Positions 7,786-11,754 of a stretch of 11,754 bases of DNA are shown in pieces (the stretch's first letter is position 1; each line of letters begins with the position of its first letter). The DNA comes from Candidatus Jordarchaeales archaeon. GTDB taxonomy: Archaea; Asgardarchaeota; Jordiarchaeia; Jordiarchaeales; Freyrarchaeaceae. The DNA lies in contig JAWCFL010000048.1 in NCBI GenBank assembly GCA_038858525.1, forward strand, positions 1-11,754, given 5' to 3'. Position numbers and translations under genes: made by a program. A model generated the notes under the pieces. That model was given only the letters and a program-made list of their open reading frames with translations, was not told the DNA's origin and did no database searches.

Positions 7786-8799
7786 TTACTTTCCTTCCTG
7801 CTTTAGGACTTCTGGGTTGAGCACGTTTTTGGGTTTTCCTCCTCTCAGTATTTCTCTAATGTCTTCTGCAACCATTATGCTTTGCCTTCGTATCGTGTCA
7901 TGTGTGTTTCCACCTATGTGGGGGGTTAGCACCACGTTATCAAGAGTTAGAAACCTGTTGTCCGACTGAGCCGGGTCATGCTGGACGACGTCCAAAGCTG
8001 CGCCAGCTATCCGCCCTTCCTTCAGCGCCTTGAAAAGGGCGTCCTCATCCACTATGCCCCCTCTGGCGAGGTTAACGAAGAAGGCGGTCGGCTTCATTGC
8101 TGCGAAGTGCTCCTCCCTTATCATCCCAGCCGTCTCCTGCGTTAACCTGCAGTGAACAGTGACAATGTCTGATTCCTGGAAAAGTTCCTTAAGCCCGACG
8201 GTGCGCCCGTCGACAGCCCTAAGCCTTTCAGGGTCAACATAGGGGTCATAGACGATTATTTCCACGTCGAACGCCCTAAGCCTCTTAGCCACCTCGAATC
8301 CTATGGCTCCAAGCCCCACTATCCCAACCTTCTTACCACTTAGCTCGAATCCGAGCGTGGCGTTGTAAACCTCTATGAAGTCCCTTGGGCCTGTATACTT
8401 CACCCGTCCAGACCTAAGCAGCCTGTCAGCCCTTACAATCCTCCTCATGGCGGCCAGCATTAACGCCACAGTGAGCTCAGCCACCGCTATAGTGTTCCTT
8501 CTGGGGGCGTAAACCACAGGAACCTTCTTAGCTGTCGCCGCCCTTAAATCGACGTTGTAAGGGTCATCCCTACACGAAGCTATGACTTTCAAATCGCACT
8601 TCTCGATCGTGTCACGGGTGACAAAGTCCGACTCGACAACAAGCACGTCTGCGCCAACCTCGTTGACGAGCGAGGCAAGCTCTCCCCCATCCAAATAAAT
8701 TTTCCCAGTATCCCTCCAGCTCCTATACTCGACATCCATAAGCTCCCTCAAAATACTCAACCCATCCTCATGAAAGGCAGCAGTAACCAGACACCGCAT
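7786..8799 (-). CDS. D-isomer-specific 2-hydroxyacid dehydrogenase (YoaD / Mtb SerA2-like), NAD-dependent
   Basis: Rossmann GIVGLGAIG then YDPY (Asp favours NAD), RNTIAVAE, NLARGG, TPHIGG. Start moved from 9030 to ATG 8799 (MRCLVTAA), with GGGGTGA SD 4 nt upstream. Confidence 0.95.
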   Translation of the reverse strand: MRCLVTAAFHEDGLSILRELMDVEYRSWRDTGKIYLDGGELASLVNEVGADVLVVESDFVTRDTIEKCDLKVIASCRDDPYNVDLRAATAKKVPVVYAPRRNTIAVAELTVALMLAAMRRIVRADRLLRSGRVKYTGPRDFIEVYNATLGFELSGKKVGIVGLGAIGFEVAKRLRAFDVEIIVYDPYVDPERLRAVDGRTVGLKELFQESDIVTVHCRLTQETAGMIREEHFAAMKPTAFFVNLARGGIVDEDALFKALKEGRIAGAALDVVQHDPAQSDNRFLTLDNVVLTPHIGGNTHDTIRRQSIMVAEDIREILRGGKPKNVLNPEVLKQEGK

Positions 8800-9147
8800 A
8801 AAATCACCCCAACAAAAACAGGAAAACAACACTAAAAAACTCTCCTCCTTAAAAACAGCGACACACGCAACCAGAAACGTGAACAACAAAAAACTCGAAA
8901 TCAAACAAACCAAAAAACAAAACAGGCAATCGGAGCCCAAAACTAGCCTTCGAAACAACAACCCTAAACCCCACGATAAAACACAACCCCCTCCACAATA
9001 GTCACAAAGTAAACTACAAAGGTCTCCCAAACAAAACTAAAAAGCAAAAGGACAACTCACAAAGACAAACGAAACCCGAATTATTTATTATCCGCCATCG
9101 ACAAACTACTTCTCAAGAGCAACTAAGAGAAAAAAGAGGGAACCCTC

Positions 9148-10230
9148 TTGAGCATCAAAGAAGAGTTCCTCCTCCTGCTGGAAAAAGACAAAGAATTCAG
9201 GTATGCAGTCCTAGGACTCCTAGGACTAGACGAGATAATAAAACGAATGGACCAGTACCATCAGACCCAGATAAAAATACTCGAAAGACTAGAAAACCTT
9301 GAACGAATACAGACCAAGCTCGCCGAAGAACACGTCTCCTTCAGGGAAGCCCTAGCCAAACTGAGCGAAGGGCAGGCGAGGTTGGAGGCTGCCATGGCTA
9401 GGCTTAGCGAGAGCCAGGCTAGGCTGGAGGAACGGCAGGCTAGGCTGGAGGAAAGGCAGATTAAGTTGGAGGAGCGGCAGGCTAGGCTGGAGGAACGGCA
9501 GATTAAGTTGGAGGAGCGGCAGGCTAGGCTGGAGGAAAGGCAGATTAAGTTGGAGGAGCGGCAGGCTAGGCTGGAGGAGGCTCAGGCGAGGTTGGAGGCT
9601 GCCATGGCTAGGCTGAGCGAGAGCCAGGCTAGGCTGGAGGAGCGGCAGGCTAGGCTGGAGGAGGCTCAGGCGAGGTTGGAGGCTGCCATGGCTAGGCTTA
9701 GCGAGAGCCAGGCTAGGCTGGAGGAGCGGCAGGCTAGGCTGGAGGAAGAGCAGCTGCGTCTTAGGGAAGACTTTAACAAAATGCTTGCTCGTATTGAGAG
9801 GCTGGAGGAAATTCAGCTTCGTATGGATGCACGCTTGACTAGAATGGAGGCTACTCTCGATAAGCTTACGTTAGACATTGAGGAGGAGGCTAGGTCTGTT
9901 GTAAGGTGGAGGTTACGCGAGATGGGTTATGAGGTTGATGTAGGCCCCCTTATGCTTCCTGACGGTGAAATAAATATTTATGGTGTTTCTGATGGTGTTT
10001 GCGTTATCGGTGAGGTGTCTGTTAGAGCTGGGGTCAAGTTGGTGGATGAAGTCGTCAGAAAGGCCGCGTTCTTGGAAAGGAAATATCCTGAAAAAGTTAG
10101 GCCGAAAAAGATACTTTTGATTTATACCTCTTGGATCCCCTTCGAAGCAATTGAGGAGGCTAAAGAAAAAGGGGTGTGGGTGCTTAAAGCTACAGGGGAC
10201 ATAACACCGCCGCCAAAGCTAACCAGCTGA
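9148..10230 (+). CDS. Archaeal coiled-coil heptad-repeat protein with C-terminal PD-(D/E)xK-like domain
   Basis: N-terminus EEFLLLLEKDKEFRYAVLGLLGL, long L-x6 heptad array, C-terminal EINIYG…IGEVSVR…LLIYTSW region resembling archaeal restriction-endonuclease-fold tails; TTG start with GAGGG SD. Confidence 0.85.
   Translation: MSIKEEFLLLLEKDKEFRYAVLGLLGLDEIIKRMDQYHQTQIKILERLENLERIQTKLAEEHVSFREALAKLSEGQARLEAAMARLSESQARLEERQARLEERQIKLEERQARLEERQIKLEERQARLEERQIKLEERQARLEEAQARLEAAMARLSESQARLEERQARLEEAQARLEAAMARLSESQARLEERQARLEEEQLRLREDFNKMLARIERLEEIQLRMDARLTRMEATLDKLTLDIEEEARSVVRWRLREMGYEVDVGPLMLPDGEINIYGVSDGVCVIGEVSVRAGVKLVDEVVRKAAFLERKYPEKVRPKKILLIYTSWIPFEAIEEAKEKGVWVLKATGDITPPPKLTS
9361..9759 (+). 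repeat. 19 in-frame tandem 21-nt repeats with nested 42-nt and 84-nt higher-order units
   Basis: Consensus YTGGAGGARCGGCAGGCTAGG (LEERQAR). The 42-nt unit LEERQAR-LEERQIK occurs 3 times (9424-9549). The 84-nt unit occurs twice (9571-9654 and 9655-9738), differing at one synonymous base (CTG/CTT). Confidence 0.97.
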
Positions 10231-10369
10231 TGTTGTTCTTAAGCCGCCGCGCTCCAAGCTATTCCCCCCTCAGCTTTTCATCGTCCATTTATGCTGCGTT
10301 AAATTTTTCTTGGAAAAGGGAGGAAATCTCTTTTAGGTTGCTTTTTTAACTTTTGCTTGGTGTTTCGGG

Positions 10370-11754
10370 TTGCGAGGGTATGCTGGGAGAATTTTGGAAG
10401 TCGACCTTGATAATGGTGGAGTTAGCGAAGTTAGGCTTGATGATTCAGTTCTGAGAGACTACATTGGGGGCAGAGGGCTTGCAGTTAAGATTCTATGGGA
10501 TAAGTTGGGGTCAAGGTGGGAGGAGATCGACCCCCTCGGCCCTGAAAACATCCTGACAATCCTTACGGGTCCCCTCACGGGATACTTTCCGGGCGCGAAG
10601 ATCTGCGTCTCGGGAAAGTCTCCACTAAGCAACGGGATAATAGGCTCGACAGTTTCCGGTGAAGCCGGAGTAGAGCTCAAATGCGCGGGATACGACGGAA
10701 TAATAATTACCGGGGTAGCTGAGAAGCCGTCCTACTTGTTCGTGTGCGACGACCACGTGGAAATCAGGGATGCCGGGCACGTCTGGGGTATGGAGGGGAC
10801 GGAAGCACTCAGAACACTGGTGGAAGAGGGGAGGCGCCTGGTAAGTGGGGTCCACCCCAGGCTTGGGAAGCTTAAGGAGCCCGCAGTCCTCTATGTTGGT
10901 CCAGCAGGTGAGAGGCGGGTTAGGTTTGCCTGCGTCATGGAGAAGAGGAGCCACGCTGCAGGCTATGGTGGTTATGGCGCCGTTATGGGGTCAAAGAACC
11001 TTAAAGCCATAGTGGTGAAGGGCACTGGGCCGCTCCCGGAGCCGGCGGACATGAAGAAAGTGGTCGAGCTCATGGAGTCAATATGCGGAGACTGCTACCA
11101 GAACGCTGGGTTCAGGAGGTATGGGACGGCCAGCGGAGGATACAATGTTGGAGCATTGATGAGCGCTGAGCCCATAAGAAACTGGCAGGAAGAATGGCAC
11201 GACGACAAAGGATACTCGGTCGAGGAGTTCTCAAAGTACTGGGTTAAGTCGTACTGGGGTGATTTCAACTGCCCGACCACCTGCATGAAGATAGCGGTCA
11301 TCAGGGATGGCGAGTTCAAGGGGGCAATATGCGACCCCCCAGACTACGAGCATCAAGCTTACAACGGAACAAACCTCGGAATATTTTCCCCAAGAGACAA
11401 CATATACCTCTCATGCCTCATGAACGAGCTCGGACTCTGCGCCATACAGGCAGGCAACGTGCTCGGCTTCGCAGCCGAACTATACGAGAAAGGAATAATC
11501 GGAAAGGACGACCTAGGCTTCGAGCTAAGGTGGGGCGACACGAAGGCCTTCGCTAAGCTAGCCAGAATGACCGCCTACAGGGAAGGTCTAGGAGACGTGC
11601 TGGCGGAGGGAACATATAGAGCGGCCTTAAAAATAAGCCAACTCAAAAAACTGAAGCCGGAGGAAGTTCTGAATTACGCCGTCCAAGTGAAGGGGGTCGC
11701 AGTCGGAGCCCACGGAGTGAGAAGCGGAGCAGACTTCCTAGTGGAGGAAATATC
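10370..11754 (+). CDS. aor: Tungstopterin aldehyde:ferredoxin oxidoreductase family protein, 3'-truncated (absent from the ORF track because no stop lies in the window)
   Basis: Hand translation: MRGYAGRILEVDL, YIGGRGLA, KSPLSNG, LKCAGYDGIIITG, VGPAGE, GAVMGSKNLKAIVV, DFNCPTTC, PDYE, NELGLC, GDVLAEG. TTG 10370 is the first start after the in-frame TAG at 10334-10336; GGTG lies 7 nt upstream. Confidence 0.95.
   Translation, partial: MRGYAGRILEVDLDNGGVSEVRLDDSVLRDYIGGRGLAVKILWDKLGSRWEEIDPLGPENILTILTGPLTGYFPGAKICVSGKSPLSNGIIGSTVSGEAGVELKCAGYDGIIITGVAEKPSYLFVCDDHVEIRDAGHVWGMEGTEALRTLVEEGRRLVSGVHPRLGKLKEPAVLYVGPAGERRVRFACVMEKRSHAAGYGGYGAVMGSKNLKAIVVKGTGPLPEPADMKKVVELMESICGDCYQNAGFRRYGTASGGYNVGALMSAEPIRNWQEEWHDDKGYSVEEFSKYWVKSYWGDFNCPTTCMKIAVIRDGEFKGAICDPPDYEHQAYNGTNLGIFSPRDNIYLSCLMNELGLCAIQAGNVLGFAAELYEKGIIGKDDLGFELRWGDTKAFAKLARMTAYREGLGDVLAEGTYRAALKISQLKKLKPEEVLNYAVQVKGVAVGAHGVRSGADFLVEEI

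Noticed and set aside
8920-9000. Possible G-quadruplex on the minus strand
   Set aside because: The fourth G-tract is more than 20 nt away; the tracts are explained by the local skew.
8800-9030. 77-aa Cys/Leu/Phe-rich N-terminal extension of the dehydrogenase in the ORF track
   Set aside because: The extreme G/T richness of the minus strand yields a stop-free frame of TGT/TTG/TTT codons; a clear GGGGTGA SD and the domain start support ATG 8799.
7215-9147. SAM-I (S-box) riboswitch, sought because Bacillus yoaD has one
   Set aside because: Only an isolated CGGCAAC fragment was seen; the ATCxAGAG, GTGCxAAxTCC and AGAT elements are absent in order from both spacers.
9361-9759. CRISPR array
   Set aside because: Units are contiguous, have no spacers and are in frame within a gene.
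10459-11556. Short ORFs 10459-10680, 10625-10954, 11095-11319, 11329-11556 and 11359-11541
   Set aside because: All lie within the continuous AOR frame starting at 10370.

Overview
Archaeal chromosomal window, probably from a thermophile (GGTGA/GGAGG Shine-Dalgarno motifs, BRE/TATA-like boxes, AGG/ATA codons, tungsten-type AOR). From left to right: (1) an AT-rich pair of orphan genes, a 5'-truncated protein with a Gly/Ala hydrophobic hairpin followed by a polytopic membrane protein, possibly toxin plus immunity; (2) an alpha/beta hydrolase, a vapBC toxin-antitoxin pair and a HAD phosphatase with a DxE motif; (3) a minus-strand module of a D-2-hydroxyacid dehydrogenase, an FGGY kinase and a class II aldolase that resembles, from memory, Bacillus YoaD plus YoaC (LsrK-like), with a motif-rich 571-nt spacer; (4) a coiled-coil protein with 19 tandem 21-nt heptad repeats and a degenerate PD-(D/E)xK-like tail; (5) a 3'-truncated aldehyde:ferredoxin oxidoreductase missing from the ORF track, with Asp replacing the first Fe-S cysteine. 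Several ORF-track starts are too far upstream and most inferred starts are TTG. A sharp local A/C to G/T strand-skew flip occurs inside one gene at about 9361. All family assignments come from motifs and recalled sequences; no searches were run.
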